From: a cyanobacterium endosymbiont of Epithemia turgida isolate EtSB Lake Yunoko
Lineage (GTDB): Bacteria; Cyanobacteriota; Cyanobacteriia; Cyanobacteriales; Microcystaceae
NCBI RefSeq assembly: GCF_000829235.1
Contig: NZ_AP012549.1
Span: 120,001 to 152,000 of the forward strand
Length of the DNA stretch: 32,000 nucleotides
Reading direction: 5' to 3'
Shown: piece after piece, positions 20,987 to 30,074 of the stretch
How the letters are laid out: the number at the start of each line of letters is the position of its first letter
Position numbering within the stretch: position 1 is the stretch's first letter
Translations under genes and position numbers: made by a program
The notes under the pieces: generated by a model
Databases searched by the model: none
Told to the model about the DNA's origin: nothing
The model's input: only the letters and a program-made list of their open reading frames with translations

Positions 20987-21036
20987 AAATACAAATTGAG
21001 TTAAAACTTAAGTAAATTTTAACTCAATTTGTATTT
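20987..21036. repeat. Perfect inverted repeat, 20-bp arms and 10-nt loop
   Basis: aaatacaaattgagttaaaa / cttaagtaaa / ttttaactcaatttgtattt, checked base by base. Confidence 0.88.
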
Positions 21037-21316
21037 TGTTATTATTTTAGCACAATCAGTTACGTTAAATTTTTTTAAAAATAAGGATTTTAATAACAAA
21101 ATTATCGACCCCTTATTTTTACTGAACCTAATCTCGACTTATTACAGGTTGAATATCTTCGTTTGATAGGAATGGGTGGCCAGCAATTTTTAATTAGACA
21201 GCAATTAATAAATATCTTTTTATAACTCATGTCCGTGGAGTAATACTAGATTTTTTCTATAATTTACGAGCTTAAAAGTAAGCAATAGCAAAGTTTTTTC
21301 TTAGAAAAGATTAATT

Positions 21317-21405
21317 CAATCAGTCTATAATGTAAACTTATAGACTGATTGTAGCAAACAGAATAAAAGATTGCTGTACTGTATTTACCTTTGTAAGAAC
21401 AGTAC
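21317..21405. repeat. Two adjacent hairpins (14-bp perfect arms; 8+4-bp arms)
   Basis: caatcagtctataa / tgtaaac / ttatagactgattg (21317-21351). tgtactgt-at-ttac / cttt / gtaa-ga-acagtaca (21374-21405). Confidence 0.6.
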
Positions 21406-22513
21406 AATTTACTCTCTAGAATTTTCACCTACATTAATCTCATAATTTGGATTAATCAGAGACAACTCAATGAGCATACGATTTAACTTTACCTTTATTT
21501 CACAAATATTCATCAATTGTACTTTAGGATAAATCAAAGTAATTTCATACTAAATTTAGGAACCTGCAATCTTTTAGAGCAAGTTAGTATTGAGTCATGC
21601 TTTAAATTACTTGGAGTAAGTCTCTTAAATACTGACGTTATTAACCTTTCTTTAGACTATATCGATTCAGGCGATCATGATGGGCTATTATTGCGTTGAA
21701 CTTAAGCAAGACAAATTTAAGTTTTAACTGCAGCCAGTCTGTATTGAAAATAACCAAGTATTTAAGCAGGTCACTATAAATAAAATATAGAAGAATAAAT
21801 GATTCTATCCTTCTATATTTAAGAAATTATAGTTATATTTATATTGCTTTAATTTATTTTTTTTATAATAAATATTTAAAGCAAGACTTTATTTAACTAA
21901 TTTGACTTAATTATATTCACTTTCCAATGTTTTTAAGACAATTTAATGAGCTTGTATTTGATATTATCCCCTTCTAGATTTAGTTTTAAACTCTAAATAG
22001 CTAGAAAGAATAGATAGAATTCTTCTCATTACTTTAGTTTGGGTTTAACCAAACTTATTGTATGTATATAAGTAATAATTTGCTAAAAAGCTAGAATAAC
22101 TTCTTTAATAAGAAAACTGATTGAAAGCTTTGCTATCTATCAATTATCTGACACAAATTTAGTGTAAATCTATCTGATGGGTACACTATCACATTATATC
22201 TATTCTGTTTGTGTAGGACCCTTGACTTTTGCATAGCTCAATTCAAGGGTGTAATGATTATTTTTTGATTGCTATTAGTATCAAAAACCATTTCAATCAG
22301 CTGGATAAAACTAGTTAGTCTTGAAAACTTAATTTTTTTACAATTTTCAGGAAACATCAAAATCTATTTAAACATTACTTAAATAATCAAATAACAATAT
22401 GACTAATTGTTGTTATCATGCTATTTGCTTTTATAAGTTTTGATATCATCATGCTCAATGATCACATCTTTTTGTGGAATAATCTTAATTTAGAAAACAA
22501 CTACTACTGATTC

Positions 22514-23236
22514 TTAAGGGTCTTGTTTTTGATATAATTCCCTAAGAATTACTTCTAAATCATCGGTTAGTTTTTCAGAGCTGCTTTTTATTCTTTTTGA
22601 AGAGTATTTAGCGACCTCTATAGGTTTTCCAATAGTTACCGTCACATCGGTACCCCAACTAGGATAAGGTCGGATATATCGAATCCCGACGGGAAGAATT
22701 TTAATTTGAGATTCTGGTTTTTTGGATTCTACTTCTAGGGCAATACGAGCAACTCCTCGCTTAAGAGGATGAACTTTATTGTCCCGAAAAATTCCTCCCT
22801 CTGGAAAGATAACTAACATTTCTCCTGCTTTCAGGAGCGCAACACTACGTTCCAAACTACTTAACCCTGGACGCTTAACATCAACAGGAAATCCTCCTAA
22901 ATGGTGAATTAGGCAGCCTTGAATTCCCTTCATTTCGGTTGATGTTACCATAAACCGTACGTCTCGACTACTGGCAAGTCTCCCTACAGCTTTAGGAATA
23001 ATCAAAGCATCCCATCGGGAACGGTGGGTTGGGGCGACAATTGTCGCCCCAGTTATTGGAATATTTTCTTGACCAGTAATTATTATTTGACCAAAAAATA
23101 AAGGTAACACTAACCAACAACCTAGATGGTATACCAATTTAACTAACCAGGGATTAATAGACGATTCAACAGAGTTACTATATAAAGTAGATAAATTCAT
23201 AAAATTAGCTAAAATACAACTTTTAAAAAAACTCAT
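22514..23236 (-). CDS. 1-acyl-sn-glycerol-3-phosphate acyltransferase family protein (PlsC-like)
   Basis: 240-aa ORF with the HxxxxD motif (PTHRSRWD), the FPEGG motif and an N-terminal hydrophobic segment. Confidence 0.85.
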   Translation of the reverse strand: MSFFKSCILANFMNLSTLYSNSVESSINPWLVKLVYHLGCWLVLPLFFGQIIITGQENIPITGATIVAPTHRSRWDALIIPKAVGRLASSRDVRFMVTSTEMKGIQGCLIHHLGGFPVDVKRPGLSSLERSVALLKAGEMLVIFPEGGIFRDNKVHPLKRGVARIALEVESKKPESQIKILPVGIRYIRPYPSWGTDVTVTIGKPIEVAKYSSKRIKSSSEKLTDDLEVILRELYQKQDP

Positions 23237-23381
23237 TTTCTATAACTATAGTTAGTTTCAGCTTCACTTTAATCGGTCTTACGAATTAATGTCTTAAAAG
23301 TAGAGGACAGTTGGTCGAGTGTCATTCAGGCAAGAACTACATACTCAGTAATCTCTAAAAATTAACGATAAAAATAAAGAA

Positions 23382-23414
23382 AAATAATTGCTATAACTTC
23401 AATAGCAATTATTT
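23382..23414 (-). terminator. Intrinsic-terminator-like hairpin downstream of the UPF0104 gene
   Basis: aaataattgctat / aacttca / atagcaattattt (13-bp arms). On the minus strand it is followed by tctttatttttatcg. Confidence 0.5.
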
Positions 23415-23654
23415 ACAAAACAGTTAAATTAATTTAAATTATTTAGATATTTTTACTAATTTTTTAGCCTAAAAAATAGTAAATACTACACTATAAATCT
23501 CTTGTTATTTTATCTAATTTAATAGTTACTTTTCTATATTTTTAGGTAATTAAATTTAAATATTAATAGTAAAATTTTTCTTAATTTATTAAATACAATG
23601 TAAATCTTTTTTGTAAATACACTTGTTTACAATCAACATACGTATTCTATTGAT

Positions 23655-24572
23655 TTATTCTTTTGTCAATAGCCATAATCCTGCCCCTGCAACTTCTGCT
23701 AAGATACTAATTAATCGAAAGATAACAATAGTACTAAGAACTATTTGAATAGGAAAATTTTCTGTTTTTAGTAGAAAAATAATGGTGGCTTCAAATACGC
23801 CTATACCACTAGGTGCACCAGGAATTATTAATCCTAATAGCCAGGCAAAACTAAAAGTATTTAATAATAAAGGAATTTGAAGAATTGATATTGGCATAAA
23901 TGCTATCCAAGTAAAAATAAACCCTAATGCTCTTAGTAATATGAATACTATTTCTCCCAATAAAATAGTCTTGGGATAATGTTCAAAATAAATATTATTC
24001 TGAATACTATCTTGGTTATTTTTTTTAAAATAAAAAAATATTCTATTGATAAAAAAAGGATGAATTGCCAACAATCCAATTAACATGATTATCATTTGTA
24101 TAATAAATAACCAAGGATTGTAAGCGGTTTTATTTACTCCAACAATATAACTCGATAAAGTAATCATTAAAGCTGAATTAGCCATAAATAGTGGTTCTAG
24201 TAAAACAGTAAAACTAGCAATCTTAAAAGAAATTCCTTGTTTATGAATTGCAAAAATACGTCCATAAAAATGTCCTATATTTCCAGGAACATATTTAAAT
24301 ATATTGGTAGTCAAGTAAACTTTTAAACCCCATTTTTTTGTCATTGGTTGTTTGAGTAGTTTTAATATTTTAACCCAGACTAACGCAGACCAAATATGAG
24401 AAAAGAAAGTAACTAAAAAGGCTATTATTAATAAATAATAACTTTGATTATTAAAGGTTACTGTTAGGACAGTACTCCAATTACGTTGAAAAGTATTTAC
24501 TATGAACAATAAAACTATTCCGAAAATGAACCATTTGAAGTAAATTCTAAGGACAGCAAAAGCTATTTTCAT
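23655..24572 (-). CDS. UPF0104 / lysylphosphatidylglycerol-synthase-TM-like (flippase-like) integral membrane protein
   Basis: 305-aa polytopic hydrophobic ORF with the conserved C-terminal PGAPSGIGVFE motif of this family. Confidence 0.7.
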   Translation of the reverse strand: MKIAFAVLRIYFKWFIFGIVLLFIVNTFQRNWSTVLTVTFNNQSYYLLIIAFLVTFFSHIWSALVWVKILKLLKQPMTKKWGLKVYLTTNIFKYVPGNIGHFYGRIFAIHKQGISFKIASFTVLLEPLFMANSALMITLSSYIVGVNKTAYNPWLFIIQMIIMLIGLLAIHPFFINRIFFYFKKNNQDSIQNNIYFEHYPKTILLGEIVFILLRALGFIFTWIAFMPISILQIPLLLNTFSFAWLLGLIIPGAPSGIGVFEATIIFLLKTENFPIQIVLSTIVIFRLISILAEVAGAGLWLLTKE

Positions 24573-24655
24573 ATAGAGATTCTCCTTAAATGTCTTCTGA
24601 AAAATGGTTTAGCAAGAATATAAAGATAAATCTAAAATTATTATTTATTTTCTTT

Positions 24656-25885
24656 CTATTTGTTATGCCAAATATTCAAAACCATCTGTTGAACAGTTCG
24701 TAATGGTTGATTTATTTTTCTAGCTAAAACTACGCAGTCTTCATATTCTGGTTGAACATTAATAATTGTTTTCTGTCCATTAATCTCTTGACTAGCAATT
24801 TTAACTCTTACCATACCATAATCTGTATTTAACTCCTGAATTTCTCGGTTTAATATAGAGCGATTTTGAATAAGATAGCGTATTCCTAGTGTGGTAGTTT
24901 CCTGAAAAATAATCTTCTTACAATCTTCCATTTTATCCAGAGGACATATTACAGTTAATAAAATTCCTGGACGAGACTTTTTCATACCAATAGCTTGCGT
25001 AAATACATCGACTGCTCCTACTAAAAATAACCTTTCAAAAAGGTAAGTAATTATTTGGGGGTTAAGATCATCAATCTGAGTTTCTAACACAGCAATTTTT
25101 TCTGAGCTATTAATAATATCTTCGCTAGGAGATTCTCCGATCCATAACTTTAAAATATTGGGAATAACTAATTCCTGTGAACCTGCCCCTAAACCAACTT
25201 TTTGTAATTTTATTGGAGGAGGAGAGCCAAAGCTTGTTACTAAAGTGGTTACAATAGCTGCTCCTGTAGGTGTTACTAATTCTCTATTAATATCATTGCT
25301 ATAGATAGGAACTTGACGAAATTCCCATAACTTAATTACAGCTGGAACAGGAACTGGCAAACATCCGTGGGCTGCCCAAACTATTCCTCCACCTCTCGGC
25401 ATAGATGAACAATATAAAGCTTCTATCCCTAGCCAATCTAATCCTAAACAAGTTCCTACAATGTCTACAATAGCATCAGTAGCTCCTACCTCATGAAAGC
25501 GTACTTTTTCCGGTTCTACCCCATGTACAGCTCCTTCTGCTATAGCTAGTTGACGGAATATATCCAAGCTCCATTGAGTTACTTGAGAAGATAAATTAGC
25601 TTGTTTAATCATTAATTCAATTTCAGGTAGATGACGCACACAATAATTATGACTATGATGATGCCCAGTTAACTGATTAACTCTCAATAAGTCAACATGA
25701 ACCTTGGTAGCTAATTGTCCTTGACGGTGGACCTGTTCTTTCCACAAACAATATTCTGCTTCAATACCTAATTGTTGGAGTTTTTTTATTAGATATTGTA
25801 ACGGAACACCACTGTCAACTAATGCTCCTAAACACATATCCCCAGCAATTCCTGTTGGACAGTCTAAATACCCGATTTTTTTCAT
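24656..25885 (-). CDS. larC: Nickel-pincer cofactor biosynthesis protein LarC (DUF111 family)
   Basis: ORF track 24656..25915, which starts at TTG. I prefer the ATG at 25885, giving MKKIGYLDCPTGIAGDMCLGALVDSGVP, the canonical LarC N-terminus. There is also a His-rich HHHSH segment. Confidence 0.88.
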   Translation of the reverse strand: MKKIGYLDCPTGIAGDMCLGALVDSGVPLQYLIKKLQQLGIEAEYCLWKEQVHRQGQLATKVHVDLLRVNQLTGHHHSHNYCVRHLPEIELMIKQANLSSQVTQWSLDIFRQLAIAEGAVHGVEPEKVRFHEVGATDAIVDIVGTCLGLDWLGIEALYCSSMPRGGGIVWAAHGCLPVPVPAVIKLWEFRQVPIYSNDINRELVTPTGAAIVTTLVTSFGSPPPIKLQKVGLGAGSQELVIPNILKLWIGESPSEDIINSSEKIAVLETQIDDLNPQIITYLFERLFLVGAVDVFTQAIGMKKSRPGILLTVICPLDKMEDCKKIIFQETTTLGIRYLIQNRSILNREIQELNTDYGMVRVKIASQEINGQKTIINVQPEYEDCVVLARKINQPLRTVQQMVLNIWHNK

Positions 25886-25980
25886 GATTTTTGTCAATTT
25901 TATCTTATTGGGCAAAAAAAGCGTTATTATTTTAATTTTATTCTAATACTTAAAATAAAGTTTTATCTTTAATTTTTAAC

Positions 25981-26592
25981 ATGGCTAAACTATACAATCT
26001 TTATCCTAATAATTCCCAATCTTGTACTATTGAAATCATTATGAAAGACCTAAAACAAGAGGCAATTATTTTATGTCCTACTAATATAGTTTATGCTATC
26101 GGTTGTGATATTAATCATAAATTAGCTGTACAACGGGTTAAGCAATTGAGACAATTGTTCAGCAATGAATGCTTAACCTGCCTCTGTTCTTCTTTGTGTA
26201 GGGTTACTGATTATGCTTTTGTCTCTGATAAAGCCTATCGAATAATGAAGAGTGTTATTCCTGGTCTTTAGACTTTTTTTTAAGGATAAAATTAGTCACT
26301 AAATTAGTGATGAGTCTCAAATAAAAAGACATAGTAATCCGAGTCATCTACAGTAATATTTGTCAAATAATTTTATAAATTTTAGATAATCCTATTGTAT
26401 CTAATTCTGTACATTCACTTGATAAAAAAAGAGGTTTTTTAACTATTATAGTAGAGAAAAAAATTTTTTGATATTTTAGATAATCAAGTGAATTTCATTA
26501 TTGATACTGGATTAGAATATGGAGTTGAAGTATCTACTATTTTAGACATGAATTAATCTAATCCTATAGTTGTTCGATAAGGATTAGATTAA
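25981..26592 (+). pseudogene. YrdC/TsaC-like L-threonylcarbamoyladenylate synthase pseudogene
   Basis: The 96-aa ORF 25981..26271 holds the N-terminal half (LCPTNIVYAIGCDINHKLAVQRVKQLR...VIPGL*). Downstream, the rest appears in other frames with stops: IRVIYSNICQIIL*ILDNPIVSNSV, then FIIDTGLEYGVEVSTILDMN*SNPIVVR*GLD. Confidence 0.8.
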
Positions 26593-27235
26593 GATGATTC
26601 GTAAAATTTAATTACCTTAATAGGTTAATTAGATTTTTTAAATATTCATTATTAATTTAAGTAGATTTAAAGCATTAAATTTAATACTACAATAACTACT
26701 GATGCTTTAATTATTAAAGCTTGTATTTTGATTAATATTTAAATTTTTTCTATAAAAAAACTTTAGTTTAAAAGCTATAATTAAAATCAAATTGATTCAA
26801 GATAATCATCAAAATTGTTTAAAAAATATATTACGAGGTTTACACTATTAAATTTAACAGCTTCAAATAAAATTAGTGCGAGCTGTTGTATAAGAAGTGT
26901 TAGATATTGTTAATATCCTTAAAAGTTCTCCTATTTTTAGACAATAGATAAGCTGTATCTTAAGTTCAGAAAATCAACATATGTTTTAAGTTGCTGAAGT
27001 ATTAGCCCATGGGTTTATTATTTTTTCAGATAAAACAGAGATTCTCTATAAAGCTACGTATGATTATATCTTCTAATATAAGAGATAAAAAATCATTCTT
27101 TAGAACAAGACCGATATTGATGTTGATTGACAATCAATGGAACAACCAATACTGTCAAAAAATATCAACCAGGAGTTCTTTTAAAAGAGATAGAAGTCTG
27201 TAGGTAATTTATTTATTTTAATCCACTTAGGTAAA

Positions 27236-28099
27236 CTATGAAGGTGTTTTTTCAAGGCTTTTTAGGAGGGCTTTAATACTAGGAGTATCTAGAAATACTT
27301 TAGTATCTTTTAATAGCTTAGTTCCCCAGAGATTATCTTCTAGAAATTGCAATTCACCATAGCGACTGTCAAGTTTTAAAGCGGCTTCTCCTAACTTAAG
27401 TCCTTCCTCTGTTTTCCCTTGAGCATATAAGGCTACTGCTACAGCTAATTTTGGCTCTGCTTGTTCGGAATCAATAGTTAATGCTGCTCTCCACTCTTCA
27501 ATCGCGCTCTTGGTATCTCCTTCTTCGTACTTAATCAAACCAATATTATTAACCGCAGGCCAAAAATTTTTCTCTTGAGCAATTGCCTTTTTATAAACTG
27601 TAATTGCATCTGTAATTTTTCTTAATTTTAAATAGGAATTACCTAAATCAAACAAAGCTGCGGGTGTATTTGGTTTAAAGACAAGTCCTTGTTCTAATTC
27701 CTTTACCGCCGCTCGATACTTTCCTTGTTGAAAATAGGCATTTCCTAAGGTAAATTTAATTCCTGCTTCTTCTGGAGCTATGGATAATGCTTTTTGTAAT
27801 GCCTCAATCGCTTGATCTAATTCTTGTTTTTGAATATATAAAGTTCCTAAAATAAACCAAGGTTGATATTGAGTAGGAGCAAGTTGGGTAGCCAGTTTGG
27901 CTCTTGACAAGGCTAACTCGTATTGTTGAAAACGAACTAACTGTACCGCATCCTCGGCTAATTCTAAACCCCGTTGTTCCAATTGCTCTAAGTTTAATCG
28001 GGGAGTGTAGGGCAGAAGGGCCTGTCCCATTACGGGGGTCATCAAAGTCCAAAACCCTGTCAAAGCAAATAGGGAAAGCAACCAGTTACGTTTAGGCAC
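27236..28099 (-). CDS. Tetratricopeptide-repeat protein with N-terminal signal-like sequence
   Basis: 287-aa ORF with a GTG start. N-terminus MPKRNWLLSLFALTGFWTLMTPVMGQA, followed by about six TPR units (repeating ..LG..Y...G.Y..A...Y.KAL...P). Confidence 0.85.
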   Translation of the reverse strand: MPKRNWLLSLFALTGFWTLMTPVMGQALLPYTPRLNLEQLEQRGLELAEDAVQLVRFQQYELALSRAKLATQLAPTQYQPWFILGTLYIQKQELDQAIEALQKALSIAPEEAGIKFTLGNAYFQQGKYRAAVKELEQGLVFKPNTPAALFDLGNSYLKLRKITDAITVYKKAIAQEKNFWPAVNNIGLIKYEEGDTKSAIEEWRAALTIDSEQAEPKLAVAVALYAQGKTEEGLKLGEAALKLDSRYGELQFLEDNLWGTKLLKDTKVFLDTPSIKALLKSLEKTPS

Positions 28100-28512
28100 G
28101 ATATTTTTGTTAAAGTCTTTCAGAATAGCTAGTTGGTCATCCCAATCATTGTAGTCTGTCTCGTTGCAATTTGGTTATACAATAGTGTTGGCAAATTTGG
28201 AGATTGTAAGTTGTGTGTATTTTGTTAAGATCTGGTTAATTTTAATTAAGTTTAAAGTAAAAAAGAATGAGTTATACTAAACCTTTTATATGAAGACTAA
28301 AAACACAAGACTAGAGTTATGGTATCGATAATAATTGTTGTTATAATATTTTAACTTAATTTTTATTTCTTCAACAAACTACTCAACTCAGTTTAACTAA
28401 TATAATTTTAAAATTAAAAGCACTAATCTATTACCAAAAATTAAGATTACAAATAAAATCTAACTAGTTAAATTTGTAAAGAAAAATAACAGTATTTTTT
28501 ATTTTTAATGGC

Positions 28513-28546
28513 TTAATCAATAAAAAAATATTTTTTTATTGATTAA
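28513..28546. repeat. Perfect 34-bp palindrome with A7/T7 core
   Basis: ttaatcaataaaaaaata|tttttttattgattaa, with all 17 pairs checked. Confidence 0.85.
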
Positions 28547-29366
28547 ATTATCTAGAAATGAGATATCATAAGTACTAAAAATAAAATTATCGAAAAATTT
28601 AATTTCTTTTTTTTAAAAAAAGATTTCTTTAAAATAATTAAGATAAAAATTTAAAATAATTCTTATCTTATGATACGAGAAGTATATGCAAACACAAAAT
28701 AAAACGAATAAACAATGAATAAAAGCAATTCTCCGCTATAAACAACATTCATTAATGTCACCTATTTAAAATAAGCATTAAAAAAAGTATTTTTTAATCT
28801 AGTTAGCTATCAGCATTTTTTAATGCTTAGCTTATCTCTCTTAGTAGAAGATATCATTATGCTGTTTTTTGGCAGACTCGCACTGGTTAAATTAGATGAA
28901 TTAGTTTATTACTAGTATTAGAGTAAGGTATACTGAAAATTTAAAACCTTAAGTAAATTATAGTAAAAATATGTAAAATAGTATTAGTAACTTAAGGCAT
29001 TTAAAATTATAAATAATTATTGTAAATATTGGGTTTAAAATTAACTGTAAATAACAATTAAACCTATAAAATTTTTTATTTATTATCATAATAATAATCT
29101 AATAAATTGTTGCAAATATATAGTATTTTATCTTTTATAGCTCTATCAATAGTGGTATCTCTACTTAAAAATATTTTAAGTATTTAGCAAAATTAAATAA
29201 TATAAATATATATTTTGCAGATGTTTTAAAATTGTTATAGTTTATTACGAGCTTAAGAATATTTTTGGGATTCAATATTTTATTAATTAGACTATTTAAT
29301 AAGTTTTTAATCCTACTAATATTTTATATTTATTTACCTGTATTTTTATGTTTATGATCAAACAAC

Positions 29367-29388
29367 AACTTGTATTTAAATACAAGTT
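29367..29388. repeat. Perfect 22-bp palindrome
   Basis: aacttgtattt|aaatacaagtt, checked by hand. Confidence 0.7.
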
Positions 29389-29767
29389 AGTTTATGAATA
29401 GAAAACTCTCTATAATAAATATTATTTTTATAATCAATTGAATCAACAAATTTTAAAGTATTTAAAGTTAGTTTTAATTTAATTGAATAAATTTTCAGGC
29501 GTCATAAAATAACAAAAAAGATATGATATTTTTATAGTCATCAAGAAGAATCTTTAGCAGGATGACTTTTATGTCATGAAATAACTAATAAAATAATAAT
29601 ATTTTTTATGGCAATGAAATACTTACTTGCACAAAAAATAAGTGTTATATACAATATTTAGACTATGTATTTAAAATTTATAGAAGCAGGGTTAAAACTT
29701 TAAAAATAAATATTGACATACATTTTGAACTCAAAATTTTAGAATTAGATTTTACGATAAAATCAAG

Positions 29768-29808
29768 TTTAGTTGTTTATAAATTATAATAATTTATAAA
29801 CAACTAAA
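29768..29808. repeat. Perfect 41-bp palindrome (20-bp arms, 1-nt centre)
   Basis: tttagttgtttataaattat-a-ataatttataaacaactaaa, with all 20 pairs checked. Confidence 0.9.
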
Positions 29809-29966
29809 AAAATATAAAAAATATTGTCTAATTTTAGAGTACTGACTACATCAAGATATTTATAGTTTAAATTATCTATTATTATTGATCTTAAAATTTT
29901 TATAAAAAATATGGTAAAAATTTATTTTAATTTGCTAAGGCACTTAAGTTTTATTTTGTATTAACT

Positions 29967-30010
29967 GTCAAATTGCGCGTTATTTTTATCGAAATAACAC
30001 GTAATTTGAC
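29967..30010. repeat. Imperfect inverted repeat, 19-bp arms and 6-nt loop, around a gcgcg core
   Basis: gtcaaattgcgcgttattt / ttatcg / aaataacacgtaatttgac. It has 17 Watson-Crick pairs, 1 G-T and 1 mismatch. The outer cacttaa (29941) and ttaagtg (30016) can extend the structure. Confidence 0.75.
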
Positions 30011-30020
30011 AAAAATTAAG

Positions 30021-30074
30021 TGTAACAAAAAACTATATTAAATAAAAACCTATTTAATATAGTTTTTTGTTACA
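30021..30074. repeat. Perfect inverted repeat, 24-bp arms and 6-nt loop
   Basis: tgtaacaaaaaactatattaaata / aaaacc / tatttaatatagttttttgttaca, with all 24 pairs checked. Confidence 0.9.

Noticed and set aside
21517-21699. 60-aa ORF in the 2.8-kb desert (TTG start)
   Set aside because: It is barely at the cutoff, has no ATG or RBS and no recognisable motif, and an ORF of this length is expected by chance in 2.8 kb.
20941-22250. Many short inverted repeats with arms of 13 bp or less (e.g. ttatgatt/aatcataa near 20930, agtttgg/ccaaact near 22040, acccttga/tcaagggt at 22218-22250, aaatatagaag/cttctatattt at 21783-21820)
   Set aside because: My rough estimate for about 80% AT sequence is that arms of 13 bp or less are expected by chance at about this density. 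I report only arms of about 14 bp or more, or those in a meaningful position.
27009-27203. 64-aa ORF upstream of the TPR gene's 3' end
   Set aside because: The translation is low-complexity and Ile/Lys/Arg-rich, the composition is AT-rich, and there is no motif. It is probably noise.
27804-28095. ORFs 27804..28052 (-) and 27904..28095 (+) overlapping the TPR gene
   Set aside because: They are alternative-frame or antisense shadows of the well-supported TPR ORF.
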